From Thermoplasmata archaeon (GTDB taxonomy: Archaea > Thermoplasmatota > Thermoplasmata > Lutacidiplasmatales > UBA184): a stretch of DNA of 64,000 bases. The translations under genes and the position numbers were made by a program. The stretch lies in contig JASHOK010000006.1 in assembly GCA_030041175.1 (NCBI GenBank), positions 7,710 through 71,709 on the forward strand, written 5' to 3'. Positions 27,286 through 35,241 of this stretch are shown piece by piece. Numbering within the stretch: position 1 is the first letter of the stretch; every line of letters starts with the position of its first letter. The notes under the pieces are model-generated. The model ran no database searches and was not told the DNA's origin. It saw only the letters and a program-made list of their open reading frames with translations.

Positions 27286-27529
27286 CCTTACAGATGCGTA
27301 TTCGATTCTGCAAGACCCGCCTTCGAGGGCGGCGTCTCCGCAGGGGGAAGCGAGCTACGATGCAGGACTTCGACCCGAAGTTGCTGCGCATGAGCCTCCC
27401 CTCCCGAACCGCTTCTGAGCGAGAGATGGACCTCGTGTCTGTCGGCCGTACCCGGGAAATCGGCTGGCGCCAGGTCTGCCGCGATGTTGCCGCATCCGGC
27501 AGGCGTCCCGGGAAACGGCAGGGCAGACG

Positions 27530-28456
27530 ATGGATCTCAGTACCCTAGTTCTCCCGACCGCGCTTCTCGGCACCGCCGCCGCGGGCGCTTTCATCGGTTG
27601 GCGCGTCTACCAGCGTTACTACCGGGCAGTCCCTCCCAATCGGGCGCTCGTCGTTTACGGCGGAAGCCGTCCTCTCGCCGCCTCCTCGAGTGGGCCGCAG
27701 GTCGACGTTCGTTCGCCCCGGATCATCGTTGGGGGAGGCATCTTCCTTCCGCCATGGCGGCACGGTTCGGACTCGCTCTCGCTGAGTCCGCTCGACGTCG
27801 AGGCCCGCGTGGTGTTGGCCGCCAACCCGGCGGACCCAGCGGACGTGCCGTGGGAGGCGAGGCTCGCGGTCCAGGTGAAGATTCCGACAGAACCCAACAT
27901 GTTGCGGACCGCGGCCGAGAATCTACTCGGACGGAGCGAACCGGAGCTTCGGGCATTGGTGATCCGTATCGTAGAGGCAGTTGCGCCTGCGGTTGTTCTC
28001 CGGGAGCTGTCGGCCGACCCCAAGACCGCGTGGGATCGGCTGGCCGCAGAAGTCCAGGCCGCCGTCGCGCCGGAGCTAGTATCGCTCGGTTTCGAGGTTC
28101 GGACCCTGTCGGTGGTCCAGCTGCGTCGGGTCGCGGTGGGTGACAGGACCGAACCCGGTCTTCCGGGGGTATCTGCGCTCTCGCGGGACCTTCTGTGGGC
28201 TTCGGGCGACCTCGGGGTGCGCCTCCGGTCCGCGGAGCTGCGGCTGGACCGGACCGAGCGCAGTCTCGGATTGCTTGGAGCCGAGGTGATGCGTCTCGGT
28301 CGGGATGGCTCACAGTTCCCGATTCTTCCGACGTTGCAGCCTTACGATTCCACGGGGGACGAGCCACCGGTTCGGGCCCTCTCTCGAGGCTCGAAGGGAG
28401 CCGAGGGGAGAGGGTCGACCGGCGCCACCCGACCTCTGTTGGATACAGAAGGGTGA
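27530..28456 (+). CDS. membrane-anchored SPFH (flotillin/band-7-like) protein
   Basis: N-terminal TM helix LVLPTALLGTAAAGAFIGW, then YYRAVPPNRALVVYGG..PRIIVGGGIFLPPW...LAVQVKIPTEPNMLRTAAENLLGRSEPELRALVIRIVEA...LVSLGFEVRTLSVVQL follows the flotillin-type SPFH pattern. The C-terminal region is unassigned. Confidence 0.7.
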   Translation: MDLSTLVLPTALLGTAAAGAFIGWRVYQRYYRAVPPNRALVVYGGSRPLAASSSGPQVDVRSPRIIVGGGIFLPPWRHGSDSLSLSPLDVEARVVLAANPADPADVPWEARLAVQVKIPTEPNMLRTAAENLLGRSEPELRALVIRIVEAVAPAVVLRELSADPKTAWDRLAAEVQAAVAPELVSLGFEVRTLSVVQLRRVAVGDRTEPGLPGVSALSRDLLWASGDLGVRLRSAELRLDRTERSLGLLGAEVMRLGRDGSQFPILPTLQPYDSTGDEPPVRALSRGSKGAEGRGSTGATRPLLDTEG

Positions 28457-28466
28457 GAAACAAACC

Positions 28467-29486
28467 ATGTGCCCAGCAGCAATTTTGGGAGATCGAGCAT
28501 GCGGAAAGACGACTTTCCTGGGACTACTCTATGCGGCCCAGGTCAAGTACGGTACCCGGGTCGCTGACTCGTTCCGGTTCCACGCACCGTTGCAGTCGCT
28601 TCGCCTGATGAGCCAGGTCTACGAGGGAATGAAGGACGCGCGCTTCCCCGGAGCGACGCTCAAAGACGAGATGACGGAGATCGGCTTCGTCTTCGGGTAC
28701 CGGAAGGCGTTGTCCGGTCGACTGCCCACGGTGCTCAAGGAGAAGAACTGGGTGAACCCCTTCGCCAAGCTCCAGTTCGCTGCCTACGATGTCTCGGGCG
28801 AAGATGTCCAGGAGTTCATTGAGTCCGGAGTAGCGGCCAGCCCCATCATTCAGCAGCTGTTGAAGAGTCACATCGTCGTCGTGCTGGTCGACTGCAGCAA
28901 GATGACCACCGAGATCGATTCCCCACTCTTCCGCCAGATGCTGAAGTACGACAGTGAGGTGGCCTCGCTCCTGGTCTCGCTCCAGACCTACAAGCGCCAG
29001 GAATTCACCCGGATGAAGGCTCAGGGGCTCAATGTCGGCAACCCCGTGATCTATCCCGCGATGGTCCTGGCCAAGTTCGACTCGGTCCGCGACGAGGTGC
29101 TGGTGAAGCTTGGGCTCCACCGCGGCGTGCCGGCGGGAGACCAGAAGCGCAAGCGCAAGGAGTACGCCGAGGCGCTGCTGCGCGTCTTCATGCCACAGAC
29201 GCTCTCACAGATCCGAGGAGGCAAGGTGGCCGGGGTCAACTTCGACCAGGCGGCCTACTTCTTCAGCTGGGTCAAGACCGAAACGGCGGAGGCCGGCATG
29301 CAGCCCGTGGGCGCTCCCCGGATTGTCCGGAAGGGCTTTTCGGCGGACGGCGGAGCGGAGCCGGACTTCTCGTATGACGACTACGTCGCGTTCATTGAGC
29401 ACTTCCGCGATGTGGCCAACAAGGTCCCCGACGAGATCGTGGAGCAGACGACCCTCCAGGCCGCACCTGCACCGGCCCCTGCCTGA
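28467..29486 (+). CDS. P-loop GTPase-like protein (unclassified family)
   Basis: Start at ATG 28467, with GGTGA 10 nt upstream. G1 GDRACGKT is at residues 8-15, followed by a G3-like YDVSGED, strand VVVLVDCS and a G4-like LAKFDS. There is an insert of about 90 aa between G1 and G3. Confidence 0.65.
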   Translation: MCPAAILGDRACGKTTFLGLLYAAQVKYGTRVADSFRFHAPLQSLRLMSQVYEGMKDARFPGATLKDEMTEIGFVFGYRKALSGRLPTVLKEKNWVNPFAKLQFAAYDVSGEDVQEFIESGVAASPIIQQLLKSHIVVVLVDCSKMTTEIDSPLFRQMLKYDSEVASLLVSLQTYKRQEFTRMKAQGLNVGNPVIYPAMVLAKFDSVRDEVLVKLGLHRGVPAGDQKRKRKEYAEALLRVFMPQTLSQIRGGKVAGVNFDQAAYFFSWVKTETAEAGMQPVGAPRIVRKGFSADGGAEPDFSYDDYVAFIEHFRDVANKVPDEIVEQTTLQAAPAPAPA

Positions 29487-29498
29487 GGACCGCCACCG

Positions 29499-30341
29499 AT
29501 GCCCGACGCCCAGATGGAGGCTCCGGTGCTCGAGACTCCAGCCGAAGTGCTGCAGCTCGAGCACTGGATCTACGGAGCGAGCCCGGAGAAAGGATACGGC
29601 ACGAAGGCCGAGTCGGCCGGCTTAAACGGTCCGCTGTACCAGCGGTATCTCGGAAACCACTTCACTCCGGTCCGGGTGGAAAAGACCGCCAGCGGGTCGA
29701 CGGTGATCGACGCGCGGATGATCCACCCGGCCCCGGCGAACGACGAGGTGCTGCTCTCCGTCCTGGGACGGGGCGCCGCGGACGAGTACAACCGCCCGAC
29801 GATTGCCAACCACACGGTGGTGATTCCGGGAGGCTTCCTCCGTTCGGGTCGGCTGACCCTCACGCAGGCAGAAGCCGCGATCCTGGACTTCGACCGACGC
29901 CTTCCAAAGGCGAGTGGCCGCGTCGAGCCGCTCACGGTGCGTCTGTCCTCCGACACGGTCCCTCGGGAAAGCCCAGGATCAGGCATCCGGCGGTACATCA
30001 CTCGGGCCGCGGTCGATACACTGGTCAGCCGGTTCCTCGCAGATTCGCATGGGCGGACGCTCCTGCTCTGTCGGGGGAGCACGCATCAATATCGGAACGA
30101 GTTGCTCTACAAGCTCGTGGAGCTCCTCCACGCGGGGGGAGAGATCCCGCTGTTCACCGCCATCAGCGACGCGCCCACCCTGAGCGCCATGAACCACTTC
30201 CGTCTCGCGATCTCCTCTCGCGGGGTCCGGGCGGACGGGACCTGGACGCTCCTGGACGCTAGCATCGACCGGCCGACTCTCCAGCCCGTTCGGGGACGAG
30301 CGCCAGTCTACTCTCGAGTCGCGGAAGCGTTCGGGACTTAG
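29499..30341 (+). CDS. hypothetical soluble protein (280 aa) between the two GTPase paralogues
   Basis: GAGGA 9 nt upstream of the ATG. Balanced composition, no TM segment, no motif I can name. Confidence 0.6.
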   Translation: MPDAQMEAPVLETPAEVLQLEHWIYGASPEKGYGTKAESAGLNGPLYQRYLGNHFTPVRVEKTASGSTVIDARMIHPAPANDEVLLSVLGRGAADEYNRPTIANHTVVIPGGFLRSGRLTLTQAEAAILDFDRRLPKASGRVEPLTVRLSSDTVPRESPGSGIRRYITRAAVDTLVSRFLADSHGRTLLLCRGSTHQYRNELLYKLVELLHAGGEIPLFTAISDAPTLSAMNHFRLAISSRGVRADGTWTLLDASIDRPTLQPVRGRAPVYSRVAEAFGT

Positions 30342-30406
30342 CCGACCGCACTGAGACTGCCGCGCTGCCAGTCCGCGAACCCGGGCCTGTCCCGCCGAGC
30401 CGTCCG

Positions 30407-31339
30407 ATGGCCTCCGCGCTGGTCCTGGGTGAACGAGGTTGCGGTCTCACGACCTTCGTGGGGCTGCTCTACACGGCGCAGGTCCGCCTCGGGACGGAGC
30501 ATGCCGACGAGTTTCGGTTCCACGCGGACCGGGACTCGATCCTTCGCATGGAGGCCGTCTATGGCGAGCTCGGTGCCGGCCGATTCCCCGCGGCGGATGT
30601 CGACTGGGAGCGGAACCTGCTCTCGTTCGTCTTCGGCTTCCGACGCGGGCATGTGGCTTGGTTCGCCGGTGGCGGAGGCTCCGGCGAACACGGATTCTCC
30701 GCAGTCCGATTTCAGGTAGGCGGAATGCCCGCCGAGGTCGTTTCGGAGCTTCGAGATCATGACGCCGTACTCGACGGAACGACCCTCCGTTTGCTGAAGA
30801 GCCCCATCCAGCTTCCGATCGTCGACGGGGCATGGTTGGTTCCGGACCGCTCCAGTACGGCCGGACTTCCCCTGGCCCGATACGACCAGCACCTTGCGGC
30901 GACCCTGGACCTCCTCCACAAGTTCCTCGCCGCCGACCGGGATCGGCGGGCGCGGCAGATGTTTCCCTTGTTCGTCGTTACTAAGTTCGATCGGATCCGG
31001 CCCGACTCGCTCCGCGCTCTCGAAGCCCCCGAGGGACCTTCGAGTGAGTGGACCCCCGAAGATCGGAAGTCCGTCGGGACCCGGATACTCTCGGGCTATC
31101 TCCCGGCTACTCGGGACTTTCTACTGCGCTCTAGCCATGATGGCGTGCGTATGGCGGAACCGGCGTGGTACTTCAGCGGGGTCAAGACAGAGGAACGCGG
31201 GGACGAGCTCCGGATTCTCCGGCGTCGCATCTCGCCGACCAGCGGATGGGAGCCCGACTATCCGTTCGAGGAATTCAAGGGGCTGCTCACCCATCTCGGC
31301 GAACTCGCCGGGCGGCTTCCGGTCGAAGCCATCGACTAG
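30407..31339 (+). CDS. paralogue of the 28467 GTPase-like gene with degenerate nucleotide-binding motifs (pseudo-GTPase)
   Basis: ALVLGERGCGLTTFVGLLYTAQVRLGTEHADEFRFHA aligns with AAILGDRACGKTTFLGLLYAAQVKYGTRVADSFRFHA (25 of 37 identical by eye). The Walker A Lys is Leu (CTC at 30446..30448) and G3 reads FQVGGMP. VVTKFD is retained. Confidence 0.65.
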   Translation: MASALVLGERGCGLTTFVGLLYTAQVRLGTEHADEFRFHADRDSILRMEAVYGELGAGRFPAADVDWERNLLSFVFGFRRGHVAWFAGGGGSGEHGFSAVRFQVGGMPAEVVSELRDHDAVLDGTTLRLLKSPIQLPIVDGAWLVPDRSSTAGLPLARYDQHLAATLDLLHKFLAADRDRRARQMFPLFVVTKFDRIRPDSLRALEAPEGPSSEWTPEDRKSVGTRILSGYLPATRDFLLRSSHDGVRMAEPAWYFSGVKTEERGDELRILRRRISPTSGWEPDYPFEEFKGLLTHLGELAGRLPVEAID

Positions 31340-33018
31340 CCCGATGGGACCTTCGCAGCCTCCGCCGGTGACGCTCGGTACTTGAACCCGTCCCGATGGC
31401 TACCTTCTCGGACGACTTCCCAGCCGGGAATCCGCCAAACGCCGTCCGGTGGCACTGCCTGAGGATCGCCCTGAGCGAGCTCTCCGAGCTCAGCCTCGAG
31501 GTACTCGTGGTCCGTCGCGACGTCGGGCGCGATCTGGCCTTTCTGAAGCAAGGAGGCCAGAAGCGGAAGCCCTGCTGGCCGGCCCCTCCAACGGACCGCG
31601 AGGAATGCCTTCCGGGCTTCCACGTCCTCGAGCAGCAGCTGGCGTAAGGACGCGTACGGCGGTCGGCTCCGGTAGTCTCGGGGGGGACCGTCCAGGCGAT
31701 GCCGCTCCCGACGCGCTTCCTCGAGCACCCCGCGCCAGGTCGAGGGGCGCACAGACCTGGCCTCCCAGATGGCCGACGGGTCGAGGGGCTCCTCGCTACC
31801 CGAATCGTCGGTCCCTGCGGGACCGCCACCGGCCTCGCCCGGCAGAGCGGACACTCCCTTTACGCCGGGTCGGCGGAGCGACCTGGGGCCCTGGAGCGTG
31901 TACGCGAGAGCTGCCCCTGTGGCCGCGCCGGAAGGCGGGCGGATTTGGAGTTCCTCGCAGTCGGGATATCGGTTCGGATGAAGTACGACGAACGGACCGG
32001 TCTCTGCTGAACTGAACAGCGCCGCGAGGGCGTCGTTGACCGTCGGTACCTGGCGGCGTACAGCCAGCTCACTCAGCTTCACGAGCGGGAGCGGGGCCTC
32101 GGCCTTGCGAGCGTGGGCGGCTAGGTCATCGAGCAGGGCCTGCGCAACTTCCGCCTGAATCTGCTGGGTCGCTGTTCGGGTGACGGCCTGGTCGGCGGGC
32201 CGGGCACGGGTCAAGCCCTGCCGGACCCGATGGCTCAGGCCCCCGTGGCGCCGGGCGTGCTGGTGCAGGCTGCGCAATCGGACGTTGATCCACGGGTGGA
32301 GCCGGCCACCGCTGACCTTCGACTCCGCGAAGATGCCGCCCCACCGATCCGGCGTCTCGGTGTCCCAGGTCGAGCGCCCCGGGCTCTCTCGGTACCACCG
32401 GAGTGCGAATTCTCGCAGGAGGGCGCCCGCGTTGAGCGGGTCGTCGACCTCGCGTTTAACGCGGTCCATCAGGGCCTCGGCCCGGTCTGCCACGAGAGTC
32501 ACCTGATCTGCGTCGCCCAGATCCAGGTGGAGCAGACCAGAGATTGGAACGGTGTTGAGCTCCAGGATATCGAAGCGCTCGGCGGGGTCCAGAGCCAGAA
32601 ACGCCCGAAGCGGGTCCGGGATCAGTGGTCTTCCGACCTCGCGCACCCGGTCCGCGGGTCCCGGAGGGTGGGCCGCACCGCCCGCCGGGTGGCTCGACGG
32701 GGTGTCCGGGCTACCCTCGGAGGCTCGCGAGGCTCCCGCGGCCCCCTCTCCGGGAGTGATCGGGCTCTCGTCAGCGGAGCCACTGGGATGGGCGCCACCC
32801 CGCCGGAGCGTTTCGACGTTGTGCAGCCGGCGATGATGCTCCCGTTCGATGCGAAGCCGCTCCTCGGCCCGGCGACGATCCCTCTCCCGCTGAATGCGGT
32901 CGGCGTCTGTCTCGGCCGGCATACAACACAGGGGTCGCCGACCCCCCGGGAAATTGGGTCGACCGAAGGCATTAATCGTTTCGTCCGGGGCCGGTGGACT
33001 CTGCCCCCACGGTGTCAC
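31336..33018 (-). CDS. hypothetical protein (up to 560 aa; alternative start ATG 32922)
   Basis: Convergent with the pseudo-GTPase gene, with a 4-nt overlap of stops. The N-terminus has an R/E-rich segment ([26 protein letters not shown]) and a P/G/S/A-rich linker. The remainder has mixed composition with no recognisable motif. Confidence 0.5.
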   Translation of the reverse strand: MTPWGQSPPAPDETINAFGRPNFPGGRRPLCCMPAETDADRIQRERDRRRAEERLRIEREHHRRLHNVETLRRGGAHPSGSADESPITPGEGAAGASRASEGSPDTPSSHPAGGAAHPPGPADRVREVGRPLIPDPLRAFLALDPAERFDILELNTVPISGLLHLDLGDADQVTLVADRAEALMDRVKREVDDPLNAGALLREFALRWYRESPGRSTWDTETPDRWGGIFAESKVSGGRLHPWINVRLRSLHQHARRHGGLSHRVRQGLTRARPADQAVTRTATQQIQAEVAQALLDDLAAHARKAEAPLPLVKLSELAVRRQVPTVNDALAALFSSAETGPFVVLHPNRYPDCEELQIRPPSGAATGAALAYTLQGPRSLRRPGVKGVSALPGEAGGGPAGTDDSGSEEPLDPSAIWEARSVRPSTWRGVLEEARRERHRLDGPPRDYRSRPPYASLRQLLLEDVEARKAFLAVRWRGRPAGLPLLASLLQKGQIAPDVATDHEYLEAELGELAQGDPQAVPPDGVWRIPGWEVVREGSHRDGFKYRASPAEAAKVPSG

Positions 33019-33069
33019 GAACCAGCAGGTCTATGCCGGAGGACTCCTTGGGTCCGGCGAGGCGAGACT

Positions 33070-33276
33070 ATGGTGCAGAAGGTCACAGAAGTGGTTGGGA
33101 CCTCGACACAGGGATTTGCAAAGGCAGCCGAGAACGCGGTCACCACGGCAGCGAAGACGCTACGGAATCTTCGATGGTTCCGGGTCACGGAGCTAGAGGG
33201 CCGCGTCGAGAACCAGAAGACGATCGAGTACCATGCGACCGTGAAGATCTACTTCGACCTCGAGGACGGGAAGTAA
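33070..33276 (+). CDS. dodecin-family flavin-binding protein
   Basis: 68 aa. [65 protein letters not shown] matches the dodecin pattern. Only the last 68 codons of the 348-aa track ORF are used. Confidence 0.75.
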   Translation: MVQKVTEVVGTSTQGFAKAAENAVTTAAKTLRNLRWFRVTELEGRVENQKTIEYHATVKIYFDLEDGK

Positions 33277-33362
33277 CGGGTTCGGCGCCCGGCCCGCTCC
33301 CGGGGAGCCAGGTCGACCGATCGCAGGACCAAGGTGAAAAGCGGGGACGGAATAGCACGGAC

Positions 33363-33752
33363 ATGGGCGCCAGTGGATCTCCGGCGTGGCGGAAACTGAC
33401 CCCGGCAGAGGAACGGGTCATCGTTCGCAAGGGGACCGAGGCTCCGTTCTCCGGGGAGTATGAGCACACGACGGCGGCCGGCACCTACGAGTGCCGCCGG
33501 TGTGGTGCCCCGCTGTATCGCTCCGAGAGCAAGTTCGACTCCGGATGCGGCTGGCCGAGTTTTGATGCGGAGATTCCCGGTGCGGTAAAGCGCCTCCCGG
33601 ATCCGGACAGGGAGCGTGTCGAGATTGAGTGTGCGCGCTGCGGTGGACATCTCGGTCACGTCTTTGAGGGAGAGGGGTTCACACCCCGCAACACGCGTCA
33701 CTGTGTGAACTCGATCTCAATGCTCTTTCGGCCGGCACGACGCCCGGCCTGA
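33363..33752 (+). CDS. msrB: peptide-methionine (R)-S-oxide reductase
   Basis: [13 protein letters not shown]...[11 protein letters not shown]...[12 protein letters not shown]...RHCVNS shows the two CxxC zinc pairs and the catalytic Cys motif of MsrB. Confidence 0.9.
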   Translation: MGASGSPAWRKLTPAEERVIVRKGTEAPFSGEYEHTTAAGTYECRRCGAPLYRSESKFDSGCGWPSFDAEIPGAVKRLPDPDRERVEIECARCGGHLGHVFEGEGFTPRNTRHCVNSISMLFRPARRPA

Positions 33753-33823
33753 GCTGCCTTCCGATTCCGGGTCACGGGAACGTTTTGTAGCCCTCCGGGT
33801 CCGGTCGGGGGAGGGCCGGGTCC

Positions 33824-34528
33824 ATGCTCCATTCTGCGAAGGGCTACGAGGCCCACCCCCACCCCACCCTGCTCTCGGACTTCATTCTGGGCAGCCAGGA
33901 TGGTCTCGTGAACGTACTCGGAATTCTCCTCGGGCTTAGCGCGGCCTCGGTGAATGTCCACATCATCCTGATCGCGGGGCTGGCTGCTCTGGGTGCCGAG
34001 TCCATCTCGATGGGTGCGGTCGCGTACACGTCCACGCTCGCGCGCCGCCGTCTCTATCTCAGCGAAGTCCAGCGAGAGCAAGACGAGATGCGAGAGATTC
34101 CGGACGTCGAGCGGGAGGAGGTGCGAGAGGTGCTGGTGGAGTGGGGATATACGGGGCAGGACCTCGAGGATCTGCTGGACCGAATCTGCCGCAACCCCCG
34201 GGCGTGGATCGAGTTCATGATGGCGTTTGAACTCAAGCTGGCTCCGGTCAAGGAGACCCAGGCTCGGGACAGCGCACTGGTCGTGTTCCTGGCTACGGTA
34301 GCCGGGTCTGTGATCCCGATCCTTCCGTTCTTGGTGCCCGACTTCGCACTGCTGGCGCGCGTCGTTGCGGCCGTGATCCTCGCCGCTGCCACGCTCGCGG
34401 TCGTGGGAGTGTACGAAGCCCGGACCACGGGCGGCCGCCCCTTCCAGAACGCCGCTCAGATGATCGTCATCGGTCTAGCCGCGGGCTTCGCTGGTTTTGT
34501 CATCGGCCTCGCGCTGGGGACCCACTGA
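33824..34528 (+). CDS. VIT1/CCC1-family iron/manganese transporter
   Basis: SDFILGSQDGLVNVLGILLGLS, a central acidic cytosolic helix region, and C-terminal TM helices. Confidence 0.8.
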   Translation: MLHSAKGYEAHPHPTLLSDFILGSQDGLVNVLGILLGLSAASVNVHIILIAGLAALGAESISMGAVAYTSTLARRRLYLSEVQREQDEMREIPDVEREEVREVLVEWGYTGQDLEDLLDRICRNPRAWIEFMMAFELKLAPVKETQARDSALVVFLATVAGSVIPILPFLVPDFALLARVVAAVILAAATLAVVGVYEARTTGGRPFQNAAQMIVIGLAAGFAGFVIGLALGTH

Positions 34529-34653
34529 GGTCCGAGAGCCTCGTCAAGGCGTTGGCCGGCGCACCGTCCCCCGTCCTCCGCCGGACACGGCGGACTTGAC
34601 GGGGCGCCAGTGGGCGACAGATTTACCCGCAGGCCGCGGTCCGGTCGGTTCGG

Positions 34654-35229
34654 GTGCGTATGGCCGCGGGTGGTCCTCCGGCGCTCACCGACCAGCTCTC
34701 TGTCGAAGACCGGCGGTGGCTGCACGACAAATTCGAACGGTTGACCGCCGAGGAGGGCCAGCTGGCCGCCGGACGGACGTCCTACTTCGCGGCCGTGGTC
34801 ACAGTCCTCATCACGGCGGTCGTGGTGTCCGTGGCCGATCTCTCTGCCCATCGCCTCGAGCTCGCGCTGGTGGTGACCTTCCTCTCGTCGTTGGGAATCC
34901 TGATCACATTTGTCTGGTGGGTCCTTCTGCACCGGACCAACGACGCCCACGCATTGTGGACCCAGGCGAGCCTCCAGTTGGAACAGGTCGCTCCACCGAT
35001 CGCGGGGTCGCTTCCGGGCACGATCCGGCTGCGTTCCGGCGAAACGGTGTCGGTGAACCTCCTGCGCCCGGCCGAGGTTCACGCGACCCGGTTCTCCCGA
35101 GATCGCGCCGTGTCCCCGATGGATCGAGTCAATCCCGACCGGCTCACCGAGCTGCTGCCCCAGACCTTCCTCGTGGTCTGGGTGGCAACGATCCTTCTGA
35201 TCTGGTCGTGGTACGGCGGAGTGCATTGA
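34654..35229 (+). CDS. hypothetical membrane protein (191 aa)
   Basis: Two central TM helices and one C-terminal TM helix. No family recognised. Confidence 0.5.
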   Translation: MRMAAGGPPALTDQLSVEDRRWLHDKFERLTAEEGQLAAGRTSYFAAVVTVLITAVVVSVADLSAHRLELALVVTFLSSLGILITFVWWVLLHRTNDAHALWTQASLQLEQVAPPIAGSLPGTIRLRSGETVSVNLLRPAEVHATRFSRDRAVSPMDRVNPDRLTELLPQTFLVVWVATILLIWSWYGGVH

Positions 35230-35241
35230 CCGGGCGGCCCG

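Noticed and set aside
27317-27332. Short hairpin ccgcc-ttcgag-ggcgg in the SPFH upstream spacer
   Set aside because: It is only a 5-bp stem in a GC-rich background, which is expected by chance. It is mentioned only as part of the spacer finding.
32230-33276. 348-aa plus-strand ORF
   Set aside because: Only the last 68 codons (from ATG 33070) form the dodecin gene. The upstream part is an arginine-rich read-through antisense to the 560-aa gene.
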